Shown here: positions 9,516 through 19,561 of the stretch, one piece after another
Numbering within the stretch: position 1 is the stretch's first letter
Layout of the letters: every line of letters begins with the position of its first letter
Position numbers and translations under genes: made by a program
The notes under the pieces: generated by a model
What the model was told of the DNA's origin: nothing
Seen by the model: only the letters and a program-made list of their open reading frames with translations
Databases searched by the model: none
NCBI GenBank assembly: GCA_963662795.1
Contig: OY759746.1
Span: 3,584,001 to 3,648,000 of the forward strand
Length of the DNA stretch: 64,000 nucleotides
Direction: 5' to 3'
Source: Spirochaetia bacterium
Lineage (GTDB): Bacteria > Spirochaetota > Spirochaetia > CADAEX01

Positions 9516-10322
9516 TCAAAGTCTGGGAGCTTTCTCCACATCAATAGGCTGACCATCTTTATAAACTGAGAAAAACATTGCCGGCTTATTGTCATAAACA
9601 TTAAACCCTATTATGCCTAATTCCGAGCCTGGCGCAACCGAATCTCCGACAGTCACATTTGTTTTTTCACTTCCACCGTAAACATACACATATCCTGAAA
9701 CAGATTCAACAAAAATTACTCTGCCGAATCCCCTGTAAGGCCCTTCCCATACAACTTTCCCCGAAGATACAGAATATACAACATCTCCGATTTTAGCAGA
9801 AATACGGGATCCCTGAAGTTTTCCTGACATTTTTTTCATCTCGCCGTTTACTGGCCAGTAATATCCGTTTTTTCCGTTCTCGATTTTTTTCCCTTCAGCA
9901 ATGCCTGATTCAGTATTGTTTTTTTCGATAGTATTCGGGATATTTTTATCATCCGGAACAGGTATCTTTATTTTCTGTCCGATCTTAATTACTGTTTTGT
10001 TTGTAAAACTGTTCTCTGACAGAAGAGTCTCGATTTCAATTTTGTTTTCTCTTGCGATACTGTAAAGTGTATCTCCCTTGGATACAACATATTCCTTACT
10101 ATCCAGAGTTTTTGTTTCGGGTATTATAAGTTTGTATCCGGCTTTAATTCTTGATGGATCATCAATCTTGTTTTCTATAAGTATTTTATCAAGTGAAACA
10201 TTGTACAATCTTGATATACTGTATAATGTTTCCCCTTTTTTAACAGGATGAATCCTCTCTCCTGCATAAACTGAAATATTTGCAATATGTATCAGAATTA
10301 AAGCAAAAATCCATTTCTGCAT
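9516..10322 (-). CDS. Two-LysM plus degenerate M23 protein (NlpD-like)
   Basis: Two LysM repeats (VKKGETLYSISR; VSKGDTLYSIAR); M23-like domain without HxxxD/HxH zinc ligands. Confidence 0.82.
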   Translation of the reverse strand: MQKWIFALILIHIANISVYAGERIHPVKKGETLYSISRLYNVSLDKILIENKIDDPSRIKAGYKLIIPETKTLDSKEYVVSKGDTLYSIARENKIEIETLLSENSFTNKTVIKIGQKIKIPVPDDKNIPNTIEKNNTESGIAEGKKIENGKNGYYWPVNGEMKKMSGKLQGSRISAKIGDVVYSVSSGKVVWEGPYRGFGRVIFVESVSGYVYVYGGSEKTNVTVGDSVAPGSELGIIGFNVYDNKPAMFFSVYKDGQPIDVEKAPRL

Positions 10323-10505
10323 TAATGTTCCTTGTATTTAAGATATATATGATATAAACGTATTAATAGAATCGGAAAAGGTCCGCTTAAACTGAAGTCA
10401 ATATCCCTGCATGATGAAATTTACAAATATCAGAAAATCAATAATCTGTCATATTCCCTCCGGCAGATTTTTTAATCCTTTAGGACGAACCCTCCATTTT
10501 ATACG

Positions 10506-10537
10506 AAAAAGACCGCACCTGACGGTGCAGTCCTTTT
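10506..10537 (-). terminator. Intrinsic terminator after tRNA-Pro
   Basis: Minus strand GACTGCACC-GTCA-GGTGCGGTC-TTTTT. Confidence 0.75.
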
Positions 10538-10610
10538 TCGGGCTGGCCGGATTCGAACCGGCGGCCTCTTGGTCCCGAACCAAGCGCGCTACCAACTGCG
10601 CTACAGCCCG
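10538..10610 (-). tRNA. tRNA-Pro(CGG), CCA not encoded
   Basis: CGGGCTG acceptor stem, anticodon arm CTTGG-TTCGGGA-CCAAG, T-loop GGTTCGAATCC. Confidence 0.95.
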
Positions 10611-10803
10611 TAGTTTACATTTAATTTATTTCAGGTTGAATATTGACAGTAAGGTATTCAACAAATGAAAAGCTGAGTCAATATACATAAAATATTATTT
10701 TTTGTCTATTTTGATTGCTTCATTTTAATAAAATAATTACCAAAATAAACATCGATCTGTTTAATTTAAGTCATAAACACAGGACAGGAACTTTCAATAC
10801 TTT

Positions 10804-11187
10804 TTATTTTTCCCTTGATTGTTTATTAAGAATATCAAGAATGTCATTCCGGTCAGGCGCATTAAATGAACTCATTGATACTTTAATTTTTTTCCCGTTA
10901 TCCAATAATATAATTAAAAGGTTTTTTTCGCTGTATACCTTCAGGATTTCGTTATAATTTACATTAAGTATGCTCTGAAACGGAGCAATTCTGATTTCGC
11001 ATCTGTCTTCAAATGTTTTCAGCACTGTCATATTTCTGTAAATAAAATATAAAAACATGGGAATAAATAAAACTACAGCAATTTTTTTCTCCGGGAAAAA
11101 AAAGGAAATCAGTAATATTCCTGTGGCGGCAAATGACAGCCACAAATAAAATTTTATCAACAGACTGTTGTATTTGAATTCCCTCAT
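10804..11187 (-). CDS. Hypothetical membrane protein (2 TM plus small beta-rich domain)
   Basis: RBS AGGAG upstream; two hydrophobic helices. Confidence 0.65.
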   Translation of the reverse strand: MREFKYNSLLIKFYLWLSFAATGILLISFFFPEKKIAVVLFIPMFLYFIYRNMTVLKTFEDRCEIRIAPFQSILNVNYNEILKVYSEKNLLIILLDNGKKIKVSMSSFNAPDRNDILDILNKQSREK

Positions 11188-11339
11188 TTATACTCCTGAA
11201 AATATATACCTTATAAAAACCTGAATATCCCATAAATTTGATAATATCAGAAACATTATAACCATTTTACCGGTATAATCAACATTTTACATGATGAATA
11301 ATGACTATCCCGGTTAAACAGTAAAGATCAGAAACCCGG

Positions 11340-11667
11340 AAAGCTCTGCGTTTATAAAATTTTATTATACTCAGATGAAAACCAGTAATTTTTCAGATGG
11401 AACCAGACAATTGTTACTTTTACAGATTAAAGTTCATTTAATTCATCACTCGATGGTAAAAACCAGGCAGTTAGATCACCCCCGGTTTAGTCTCCGTTTA
11501 ATTCTGCTCCGCTTTCTGTATATTCGGATGTAATGTAAGAATAAATATGCCAGCTCTGTGGGATCCGGTCTTACCAATGGCATATAATTTTACCGCTTTG
11601 TGCGTTGATAAACCCTTACCAGAGAAATATCAAATGCTTTCAATCTTTTTGAGATATTTTTAATCAT
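11340..11667 (-). pseudogene. Decayed DUF1566 (Lcl C-terminal)-like gene
   Basis: Broken frames give YAIGKTG, GGDLTAWFLPSSDELNEL* and NYWFSSEY, resembling DUF1566 motifs W.LPS.DEL and YWSS. Confidence 0.5.
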
Positions 11668-11827
11668 TGATTATTTATTGTTTTGCAATCAGTTTTGCAA
11701 ACTGGCTTTTTTAGACTCTATCTGGCAAAACAGGCAGTATCTCAGATAAAAAAGGACAAAACACTATCCGTTCTGATCTTTAGAAACAGAATAAATATCC
11801 AGTTCATTATTATTCAAGATACATATT

Positions 11828-14296
11828 TTAAATTTCCTGAGAAGAATCTTTCTTATCAAATATTTTTCTGATAATCAAAACCAGATCATTTTTATATAAA
11901 GGTTTCATTATTATGTTCTTGATACCCAGTTTTTTCGCTTCTGCCATATCAATTACAGAACTGTATCCGGTAGTAATGATAACAGGCATTTCAGGACGGA
12001 CAGCCAGTATTTTTGCAGATAACTCCAGTCCGGTCATTTTAGGCATTGTTTGATCAGTAATCAGCAGGTCAAATGAATATGGATCCCGCCGGAATAAACT
12101 GAAAGCCTCCTCAGATATGAGAACTGAGGATACCCGGTATCCCAATGATTCAAGATTTTTCTTCAGTACGTTTAAAAGCTCTTTTTCATCATCAACAATC
12201 AGGATACGCTCATTACCTCTAAGGTCAGAATCATTATTCATTATCCAATTATTATCTTCCGGTTCATCCCCAACAACAGGTAACAGTACCTCAAATATTG
12301 TACCTTTACCGACATCGCTTCTCACCTTCACTCCACCATGATGATTAAGCAGAATTCCGTGAACAACAGATAAACCAAGACCGGTGCCCTTCCCTTTCTC
12401 CTTGGTTGTAAAAAAGGGTTCAAATATTCGTGAAATAATTTCCTTATCAATTCCACTTCCCGTATCTTTTATTGTCAGGCACGCATACAATCCGGGAGAT
12501 AAATCAGGATAATCTACTTTATGCTCCTGTGACAAGAGAATTGGGGCAAGTGAAACAATTATTTCTCCTTTTTCTTCAAATAGAGCATGAAATGAGTTGG
12601 TTATAAGATTCATGATAATTTGATGTATTTGAGTCTTATCTGCCAGAACAATTCCAGTTTTATTATCAATATGTGTAACAAGACGCACAGTTGCAGGCAG
12701 TGTTTGTTTAAGAAGATCAAGTGCCTCCTGAACTACTTTATCACTGGACAGTCTTTTTTTCTCTGTTTGCATTTTCCGGCTGAAAGTCAGAATTTGATCT
12801 GTAAGATCTTTACCCCTATCAATTGCCGAAAGAGTCGCATCTAAATAAATCTGCAGGTCTGAATCATTTTTAACGGAATCTTTCACAAGTTCCGTGTATC
12901 CAAGAATCACACCGAGTATGTTATTATAATCATGGGCAATACCGCCGGCAAGCGTTCCAATTGATTCCATTTTCTGAGACTGTATGAGCTGATCTTCTGT
13001 CCTTCTGATAGATTTAATCATATTACCCAGTATAATACCTAATTCACGGGTTTCCTGAGTTCCGCTTACAGGTATTTCAGTACTGAAAATACCCTCATTT
13101 TTGATCTTCAGCGCAGCCTGCATTAGTTTTCCAAGCGGCAAGGCAAGATTTCTGGACAATATAAGTGACAACATAATAGCGGCAAACAGATAAACAAGTG
13201 ATAAAAGAAATATCTGACGGCCAATAGCTCTTACTGGTTCCTTAACATCGTCAAGATATAAAGAAGTTGCAATATACCAATCCAAAGGTTCAAAATATAC
13301 GATATATGACTGTTTTTTTAAATAATTCTTGTCTTCAGATGATATTCTGTTCCAATAATACTCGTATGGGATATCCGGAGTTTTCGATGCGAGCATCATT
13401 TCATCCATAATCAGTTTTCCGGTTACAGGATCAATGATAGACGAGCCGTTGATTCCTGAAAGTGTAGGATGAATCAGAATGTTTTTTTCTCCGTCAAAAA
13501 CAAACATGTAGCCACTTTCTGCAAATTCAACCTTTGAAAAAGCGACTTTCAGCTCTTCAAGAATATTTTCAACCAGTCTTTGTGCATCTACTTCAACATC
13601 ATCAAGATAGACACCTGTCCCAATTATCCAGTTCCATTCATTAAAAAGCTTTACATAGGATAACTTGGGCTGCGGTTTTGAAAGAGTTTTTTCATCTAAA
13701 GGTTTAGGCCAAAAATAATCTGTATATCCATCACCTGATTCGTTGCATATATCGACAAATGAAACAAATAGGTTTTTTCCATTTACAGCCGTATAATAGG
13801 CATTACTGTCCAATACGGTCCCTTCCAGTTTCGGTAATAACGGATGCATTATCATTTTCGGAAATGGTTTACCTGTATCATTAATCCAGAAGTATCCAGT
13901 CCCATTGTCATATCTGAAATTTCTTATTTCTTCAATCGCCAGCTTTTTTGCTTCGCTTTCTGACAATAATCCCTTTGAATATTTCCTGTAATAACCTGAT
14001 AAAACAGAATCACAAATATTTATCATATTTTTCAGTTCAGATTTGCGCATATCAAGCGAAATATTTTTATGATACTGAATACTCTCATATGCAATATCTA
14101 TATAGCTCTTCACGGTTTTTATCATATTTTTGGAGTTGTCATTCTGCCAAATTAAAAATTCTTTTTCTGTCAATACCATGATGAGGTACATGTATGAAAG
14201 AGTTGTCATTATCACTATTGTCAAAATACCAAACAGGATTCTGGATTTAAGAGATTTAAGAGATTTAAGAGATTTAAGAGATTTAAGCATTTTCAC
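11828..14296 (-). CDS. Hybrid sensor histidine kinase (tandem Cache_2, HAMP, HisKA, HATPase, REC)
   Basis: Cache motifs GYFWIND..MHP and WNWIIGTG; H-box AGGIAHDYNN; G-boxes DTGSG, GTGLGL; REC ITDQTMP. Confidence 0.92.
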   Translation of the reverse strand: MKMLKSLKSLKSLKSLKSRILFGILTIVIMTTLSYMYLIMVLTEKEFLIWQNDNSKNMIKTVKSYIDIAYESIQYHKNISLDMRKSELKNMINICDSVLSGYYRKYSKGLLSESEAKKLAIEEIRNFRYDNGTGYFWINDTGKPFPKMIMHPLLPKLEGTVLDSNAYYTAVNGKNLFVSFVDICNESGDGYTDYFWPKPLDEKTLSKPQPKLSYVKLFNEWNWIIGTGVYLDDVEVDAQRLVENILEELKVAFSKVEFAESGYMFVFDGEKNILIHPTLSGINGSSIIDPVTGKLIMDEMMLASKTPDIPYEYYWNRISSEDKNYLKKQSYIVYFEPLDWYIATSLYLDDVKEPVRAIGRQIFLLSLVYLFAAIMLSLILSRNLALPLGKLMQAALKIKNEGIFSTEIPVSGTQETRELGIILGNMIKSIRRTEDQLIQSQKMESIGTLAGGIAHDYNNILGVILGYTELVKDSVKNDSDLQIYLDATLSAIDRGKDLTDQILTFSRKMQTEKKRLSSDKVVQEALDLLKQTLPATVRLVTHIDNKTGIVLADKTQIHQIIMNLITNSFHALFEEKGEIIVSLAPILLSQEHKVDYPDLSPGLYACLTIKDTGSGIDKEIISRIFEPFFTTKEKGKGTGLGLSVVHGILLNHHGGVKVRSDVGKGTIFEVLLPVVGDEPEDNNWIMNNDSDLRGNERILIVDDEKELLNVLKKNLESLGYRVSSVLISEEAFSLFRRDPYSFDLLITDQTMPKMTGLELSAKILAVRPEMPVIITTGYSSVIDMAEAKKLGIKNIIMKPLYKNDLVLIIRKIFDKKDSSQEI
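14244..14287. repeat. 9-bp tandem repeat (GATTTAAGA) x~4.9 in kinase N-terminus
   Basis: Four full copies plus 8 nt; encodes LKS repeats. Confidence 0.9.
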
Positions 14297-14469
14297 CTCT
14301 TTAATTATCTTACATAATAATGATAGACAAAGGTATTTTCAAATACAAATAATTATATTAAAATCTTTTTATCTTACAAATTATCAAGCATCCAATGATA
14401 CACAAGATCTTTTTTTATCAGATAGCAAATAACGCCTATAAAAGTAAGCAGATTTGACAATTATCACAT

Positions 14470-15093
14470 CTAAAATAAAAATAATTGTGATTCTTCTGGA
14501 TGACTTATTTTTTCCTGCCAGTATTTTCTTTCATCCCTCTCCACGGCTTTTGTCTTATGGGAATGAATGTAACGCAGAATAACATCCATATTTTTTGTAT
14601 TGAAATAGATAATCCGCCCCCTGTTCCCTCCCAAGTCCACAGCGTCTAAAAATATTTTCTCAGTTTTCAGAAATTCAATAATGAATTTCTGATTAATATC
14701 AGATATTTTAAAAAAATCATCTTTTTCATCAAAATCAAGGACTGCAGCTCCTCCGAAAACTTTTGCCCTTATCTGTGAGCGTATGGCTCCCTTCTTCATC
14801 ATATCATTGATTAAAAGCTCCATTGAATTAATGCCGTACCTTCCCGCTTCGGAAAGCAGAAGAGGAGGATGAGCCTTTGGATAGCGGGGAGCTGCCAGCA
14901 GAAAATGATTCATACCTGCCACTGAATTTTCCCGATCATAAAGACAGGCTGAAACGCAGGAACCCAAAAGAGTCTGGATTATTAAAGGCTTTGATGAACA
15001 ATAGAATTCTCCTGGGTGAATTACAAAAAGATCAAGATCTGAAGGCAGATGTTTAAGTGAATGTTTTAAAAAATTACTTCGATTAATAATCAT
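14470..15093 (-). CDS. cheD: Chemoreceptor glutamine deamidase CheD
   Basis: TLLGSCVSACL, GMNHFLL, AKVFGGA, DLGG. Confidence 0.92.
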   Translation of the reverse strand: MIINRSNFLKHSLKHLPSDLDLFVIHPGEFYCSSKPLIIQTLLGSCVSACLYDRENSVAGMNHFLLAAPRYPKAHPPLLLSEAGRYGINSMELLINDMMKKGAIRSQIRAKVFGGAAVLDFDEKDDFFKISDINQKFIIEFLKTEKIFLDAVDLGGNRGRIIYFNTKNMDVILRYIHSHKTKAVERDERKYWQEKISHPEESQLFLF

Positions 15094-15103
15094 GTATTAA
15101 TTA

Positions 15104-16165
15104 TTACGTACTTGATAATTTATTACGAACATATTCAGGTATATCTTTTAGTGGGAGGACACAATCAGATGCTCCCAGATTAATTGCTTCCTTTGGCATT
15201 CCCCATACAATAGAGGAAGCCTCATCCTGCGCAATTGTATAACCGCCGGCATTCTTTATCTTAAGCAATCCCTGTGCCCCATCCTTTCCCATTCCCGTGA
15301 GAAGAATGCCAATACAGTTCCGTCCAGCCTGCATGGCAACGGATTCAAACATGGTATCTACTGCAGGCCGCTGGTTGCATACTTTCGGGCCGGAAACGAT
15401 TCTTAAAGTTCTTTCAGTACCTTGAGTCCTGAGAAGCATATGGTAATTCCCAGGAGCGATGTAAATTGTTCCTGAAAGAAGTCGTTCCCCGTTTTCTGCT
15501 TCTTTCACCATCACCTGACATATATCATTCAACCGGGACGCAAAAGTCGCGGTAAACCTTTCTGGCATATGTATCACTACCAGAGTGGGAGGGAAATCCT
15601 GATACCAGTTTTTAAATATTTCTTCGAGGGCAATAGTTCCCCCTGTGGAAGCTCCAACCGCAATCAGTTGATTAGTTGTTTTAAGTGTTGCCAGATAACT
15701 CTTTTGTCCCTTTTTCCCTGTTATAGCTGTTTCCTGCAGTTTTTTTGAATTGGCCTGGAGTTTCGAAAGATCAACTTCATTGGCAGAGATGATTCGATCT
15801 ATTAGAATATCAACTACTTCCTCTATACTGAAAGGTCCACCCGGTTTGGGAACCACGTCCACAGCTCCCAATTCCAGGGCTTCCATGGCAGCCTTACTGG
15901 AAGATTTTGCCAGTGAAGAGACAATTATGACCGGTTTGGGATAATATTTCATTAACTGCCGGAGAAATGTCAATCCGTCCATTCTGGGCATTTCAATATC
16001 AAGAGTAATAACATCAACATCAGTTTTTTCAAGCTTATCCCGCGCAACATAGGGATCAATTGCGCTTCCCACAACTTCGATTCTTGGATCCCTGGAAAGC
16101 TTTTCCGTAAGGATCTCACGGACAATTGCTGAGTCATCCACTATCAGCACTTTAATTTTACTCAT
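15104..16165 (-). CDS. cheB: Chemotaxis methylesterase CheB
   Basis: REC (TLDIEMP) plus GASTGG, HMP, LTGMGKDG. Confidence 0.95.
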   Translation of the reverse strand: MSKIKVLIVDDSAIVREILTEKLSRDPRIEVVGSAIDPYVARDKLEKTDVDVITLDIEMPRMDGLTFLRQLMKYYPKPVIIVSSLAKSSSKAAMEALELGAVDVVPKPGGPFSIEEVVDILIDRIISANEVDLSKLQANSKKLQETAITGKKGQKSYLATLKTTNQLIAVGASTGGTIALEEIFKNWYQDFPPTLVVIHMPERFTATFASRLNDICQVMVKEAENGERLLSGTIYIAPGNYHMLLRTQGTERTLRIVSGPKVCNQRPAVDTMFESVAMQAGRNCIGILLTGMGKDGAQGLLKIKNAGGYTIAQDEASSIVWGMPKEAINLGASDCVLPLKDIPEYVRNKLSST

Positions 16166-16169
16166 AAAT

Positions 16170-16973
16170 TCAAACCGTCCTTATAAACATGGAATGGCCC
16201 ATTTTCTTAAGCTGTGGAGGGGGATTTAAAAGTGCTTCCGTATGTCCCACAAACAATAGCCCGCCAATTTTTAAATTATGAACCAGATTATCAATGACCT
16301 GTTGTCGACCCGAATCATCAAAATAAATCATTACATTGCGGCAAAAAATATAGTCAAATAATTCACTGAACCTTATATCTTCAAATAAATTCAGCTTTTT
16401 AATCCTGAGGTATTGCCTGAGTTCTTTTCTTATTTGATAGGAATCATTATCACGTTTCTGAAAATATTTGAGGATATGGGCACGTGAGGTATTTGAAAAC
16501 TTACCGGAAGAATAAACTCCCTTGTTCATTACCTTGAGGACCTGAGCATTCACATCAGAGCTGACTATCGTAAAATCCTCGATTCCCTTCTCCAGAAGCG
16601 TGATGGCAATGGAATAAGGTTCCTCTCCAGTAGAACTTGCAGCGCACCAGATTAATGGTGCCTCAGTCTTTTTCTTAGTTATTTCTTCAGAGAGAATTTC
16701 AAAATGAGATTCTTCCCGGAAAAAAAATGTATGACCTACCGTAATCGTTTTAAGCAACAGGTCCACTGCTGGCGGATAACCTCTTGAAACCTGATCATAA
16801 AAGTCCCACAGATTCCCTGTAATAGCAGATAGCTTGTCGAGTTTGGCTTTTAAAAGGTAAAGCTTTAACGAGTCATAGTATATACCATAGTTGCGGTAAA
16901 TCAGTTCGCTATACTTTGAAAGAAGCTCCCTATTTACAGGTTCTGATTTATTGTTTTCAGGAGCTTTAAACAT
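16170..16973 (-). CDS. cheR: Chemotaxis methyltransferase CheR
   Basis: TFFFRE, IWCAASSTGEEPYS, IFCRNVMIYF. Confidence 0.95.
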   Translation of the reverse strand: MFKAPENNKSEPVNRELLSKYSELIYRNYGIYYDSLKLYLLKAKLDKLSAITGNLWDFYDQVSRGYPPAVDLLLKTITVGHTFFFREESHFEILSEEITKKKTEAPLIWCAASSTGEEPYSIAITLLEKGIEDFTIVSSDVNAQVLKVMNKGVYSSGKFSNTSRAHILKYFQKRDNDSYQIRKELRQYLRIKKLNLFEDIRFSELFDYIFCRNVMIYFDDSGRQQVIDNLVHNLKIGGLLFVGHTEALLNPPPQLKKMGHSMFIRTV

Positions 16974-18652
16974 TATTTATCATCCACATCCTGAAATTCT
17001 TCATCGTCATCCAGCGGGATTCTGTAATTCTTACTTTCATTATTAGCCGAAATAGCCAGCCTCTCCTGATTTTTAGGTAACTGATACATACGGCCTCCTT
17101 TGGAAATTAACCCCTGAGTGTTCCTTATTTTATCAGATTCACTCCGTTTGGATTTAGGAGCGGATTTCTTCATTGAAACTGCAGACTGGTTAACAGCTCC
17201 CATCACCAGAACAGACAGTTCTGTAACCATCTCATTCAGGCCTTCCACCTGGGATTTAAGCTCTTCCGCTGCGCTGGCTGTCTCTTCAGAACTTGCCGCA
17301 TTCTGCTGAACAACAGTGTCAAACTGGATAATTGCAGTGTTTGTCTGGCTGATTCCCATGTCCTGCTGACGGCTTGCCGTCTCAACCTCTTTAGTCATCT
17401 CGTTTACCTTTTTGGAGTTGGTAGTAATTTCCTTAAAAACTTCAGCCAGTTCGTTTGCAAGATTGAGGCCTTCCTGGCTTTTCTGCAGTGAAGTCTTGAT
17501 CATCTGGGCAGTCTCCTTGGCGCTGGAAGCACTCCTGTTGGCCAGATTTTTTACCTCATCGGCAACAACTGCAAATCCCAGGCCCGCTTCCCCGGCCCGC
17601 GCTGCTTCAACCGCGGCGTTTAATGCCAGCATATTTGTCTGAAAGGCAATGTCATCAATCACATCGATAACAGCGCTGATATCGTCAGCAGATTTACCAA
17701 TCTCGGTCATTGCTATCAGCATTTTATCCATCTGCTCCGATCCCTGAACTGAAGCATCAGAACTCTTGGCTGCAAGAAGACTTGCCTCCTTGGCGTTTTC
17801 CACATTCTGTTTTACCATGGATGCCAATTCCTCCATGGAACTTGTAGTCTCTTCGATTCCGGAGGCCTGTTCTGTTGCCCCGCTTGCTATCTGCTGGGCA
17901 CTGACCGAAAGCTGATTGGAAGCGTTTCCTATCTGATCCGATCCGTTGGTCAAAGAATCAACTATCCGCAATATCGGCTTTGTTATAGACCGGGAAAGGA
18001 TAATCCCGAGAATTATAGCCAGAAGAAAGCCGGCTGCAACTGTTATGAGAATTATTATATTCATCAGGTCAGAGTTAGCGACCTTTTTGCTCACTACCTG
18101 ATTGCCATAGTAATCCTCTACATATTCTGCTAATACATGCAGGCTCAGAACGGCATCATCAAGTGCTTTGGGCCTCTCACCACGCAAAAAACCCTCCGCC
18201 ATGATATTGCCATAGGTAACATCATCAAGCCCCTGAGCTTTGTACTGCCTTGCCTGTTCCACATAAATATCATCCAGTTTGGCAGCTAAAGCCACCTTCT
18301 GAAGAAAATCCTGATATAGCTCAGCTTCTTTCGCTGTTTTTGGGATCTGATCATATACTGCAAGTAATTTTTTCCGTTCATCCCGCTGCTTATCAATACC
18401 TTCCAGCTCTGCCTCAAATTCCTTTTGACTCAGCTGCGGCAATGCCAAAATACACAGGTTTTCACTAATCTTTTCCACACTGAGAAGAATCCTGTTCAGA
18501 CCTACGATGGACGGAATATCCACGGTTTTTATACCTGTCAGTGAAGAGGAAGCGCTCCTTAATCCCCAGACACCTACAGAACCCACCACCAGTGTTATTA
18601 ATCCTATCGCAATAAAACCGGTTATCAATTTAACTGATAAACTTATTTTCAT
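16973..18652 (-). CDS. Methyl-accepting chemotaxis protein (4HB sensor)
   Basis: Two TM; [33 protein letters not shown] hairpin tip. Confidence 0.95.
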   Translation of the reverse strand: MKISLSVKLITGFIAIGLITLVVGSVGVWGLRSASSSLTGIKTVDIPSIVGLNRILLSVEKISENLCILALPQLSQKEFEAELEGIDKQRDERKKLLAVYDQIPKTAKEAELYQDFLQKVALAAKLDDIYVEQARQYKAQGLDDVTYGNIMAEGFLRGERPKALDDAVLSLHVLAEYVEDYYGNQVVSKKVANSDLMNIIILITVAAGFLLAIILGIILSRSITKPILRIVDSLTNGSDQIGNASNQLSVSAQQIASGATEQASGIEETTSSMEELASMVKQNVENAKEASLLAAKSSDASVQGSEQMDKMLIAMTEIGKSADDISAVIDVIDDIAFQTNMLALNAAVEAARAGEAGLGFAVVADEVKNLANRSASSAKETAQMIKTSLQKSQEGLNLANELAEVFKEITTNSKKVNEMTKEVETASRQQDMGISQTNTAIIQFDTVVQQNAASSEETASAAEELKSQVEGLNEMVTELSVLVMGAVNQSAVSMKKSAPKSKRSESDKIRNTQGLISKGGRMYQLPKNQERLAISANNESKNYRIPLDDDEEFQDVDDK

Positions 18653-19170
18653 TTTTCACTCCTTTCATTTGTCGCGCATTTAGATGCGACTTTTTTTATT
18701 TGTACAAACTCTTCATCATTGAGAATCTTGATGACATCAAGTATGATTTTCATTCCCTCAGGAGTATCAGCAACTCCTTTTATGTACTCTGCCTTGACCT
18801 TGGAATTGATGTACGGCAAAGGATTAATCTTCTCTTCCGGTATGGGAATTACTTCATGGATTGCATCAACCACAAGTCCCATAAGCATCATGTCTCCATC
18901 CAGATTAACTTCAACAACTATAATGGTTGTCCTCTTGTGGTATTCATTAAACGGAAGGCCGAATTTAAGTCTCAGATCAATAATAGGAATAATCTGTCCC
19001 CTGAGGTTGATCACCCCACGTATAAAATCCGGGGTCTGGGGCAAGGGTGTGATATCTGTCATACCCATCAGTTCCTTGACCTTAAGAATCTCCATGCAGT
19101 AACTTTCACCAGCCAGGGTAAAGTTCATAAAACGCGAACCTGCTGAAGTTCTTCTTCTGCTGTTCTCCAT
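18649..19170 (-). CDS. cheW: CheW coupling protein
   Basis: [21 protein letters not shown]; start moved to ATG 19170 behind AAGGAG. Confidence 0.93.
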   Translation of the reverse strand: MENSRRRTSAGSRFMNFTLAGESYCMEILKVKELMGMTDITPLPQTPDFIRGVINLRGQIIPIIDLRLKFGLPFNEYHKRTTIIVVEVNLDGDMMLMGLVVDAIHEVIPIPEEKINPLPYINSKVKAEYIKGVADTPEGMKIILDVIKILNDEEFVQIKKVASKCATNERSEK

Positions 19171-19192
19171 AATTTTCTCCTTATTCAATTTT

Positions 19193-19549
19193 TCAGATAA
19201 GCTTTTTGATTGCCCCCAGAAGCCTATCAGGCTCACATGGCTTAACAATCCAGCCGGATGCCCCCAACTCCCGTCCTTTTTGCTTTAGTTCTTCCTTTGT
19301 CTCAGTTGTGAGCATAAGTATCGGTGTGGATGTGTAAGAAGGTAATTGCCTGATTTCATCAAGCAGGGTTATACCATCCATTTCAGGCATATTGACATCC
19401 AGCAAAAAAAGATCAACCTGCTGAGAGTTCAGTTTTTCCAGTGCCCTGACTCCATTTTCTGCCTCAATAACAGTATATTCTCCAACTAAAGCGTTTTTTA
19501 ATATGTTTCTTATAGAAGTAGAATCATCAACGAGCATTATGGTTTTCAT
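19193..19549 (-). CDS. cheY: CheY response regulator
   Basis: VDD, LDVNMPEMDG, MLTTE, GWIVKP. Confidence 0.92.
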   Translation of the reverse strand: MKTIMLVDDSTSIRNILKNALVGEYTVIEAENGVRALEKLNSQQVDLFLLDVNMPEMDGITLLDEIRQLPSYTSTPILMLTTETKEELKQKGRELGASGWIVKPCEPDRLLGAIKKLI

Positions 19550-19561
19550 AAAAATCCCTCC

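Noticed and set aside
10369-10396. Second sigma28 promoter upstream of the LysM-sigma operon (TTCAGTTT-N12-TCCGATTC)
   Set aside because: Spacing off by one and -10 has three mismatches; too weak to call
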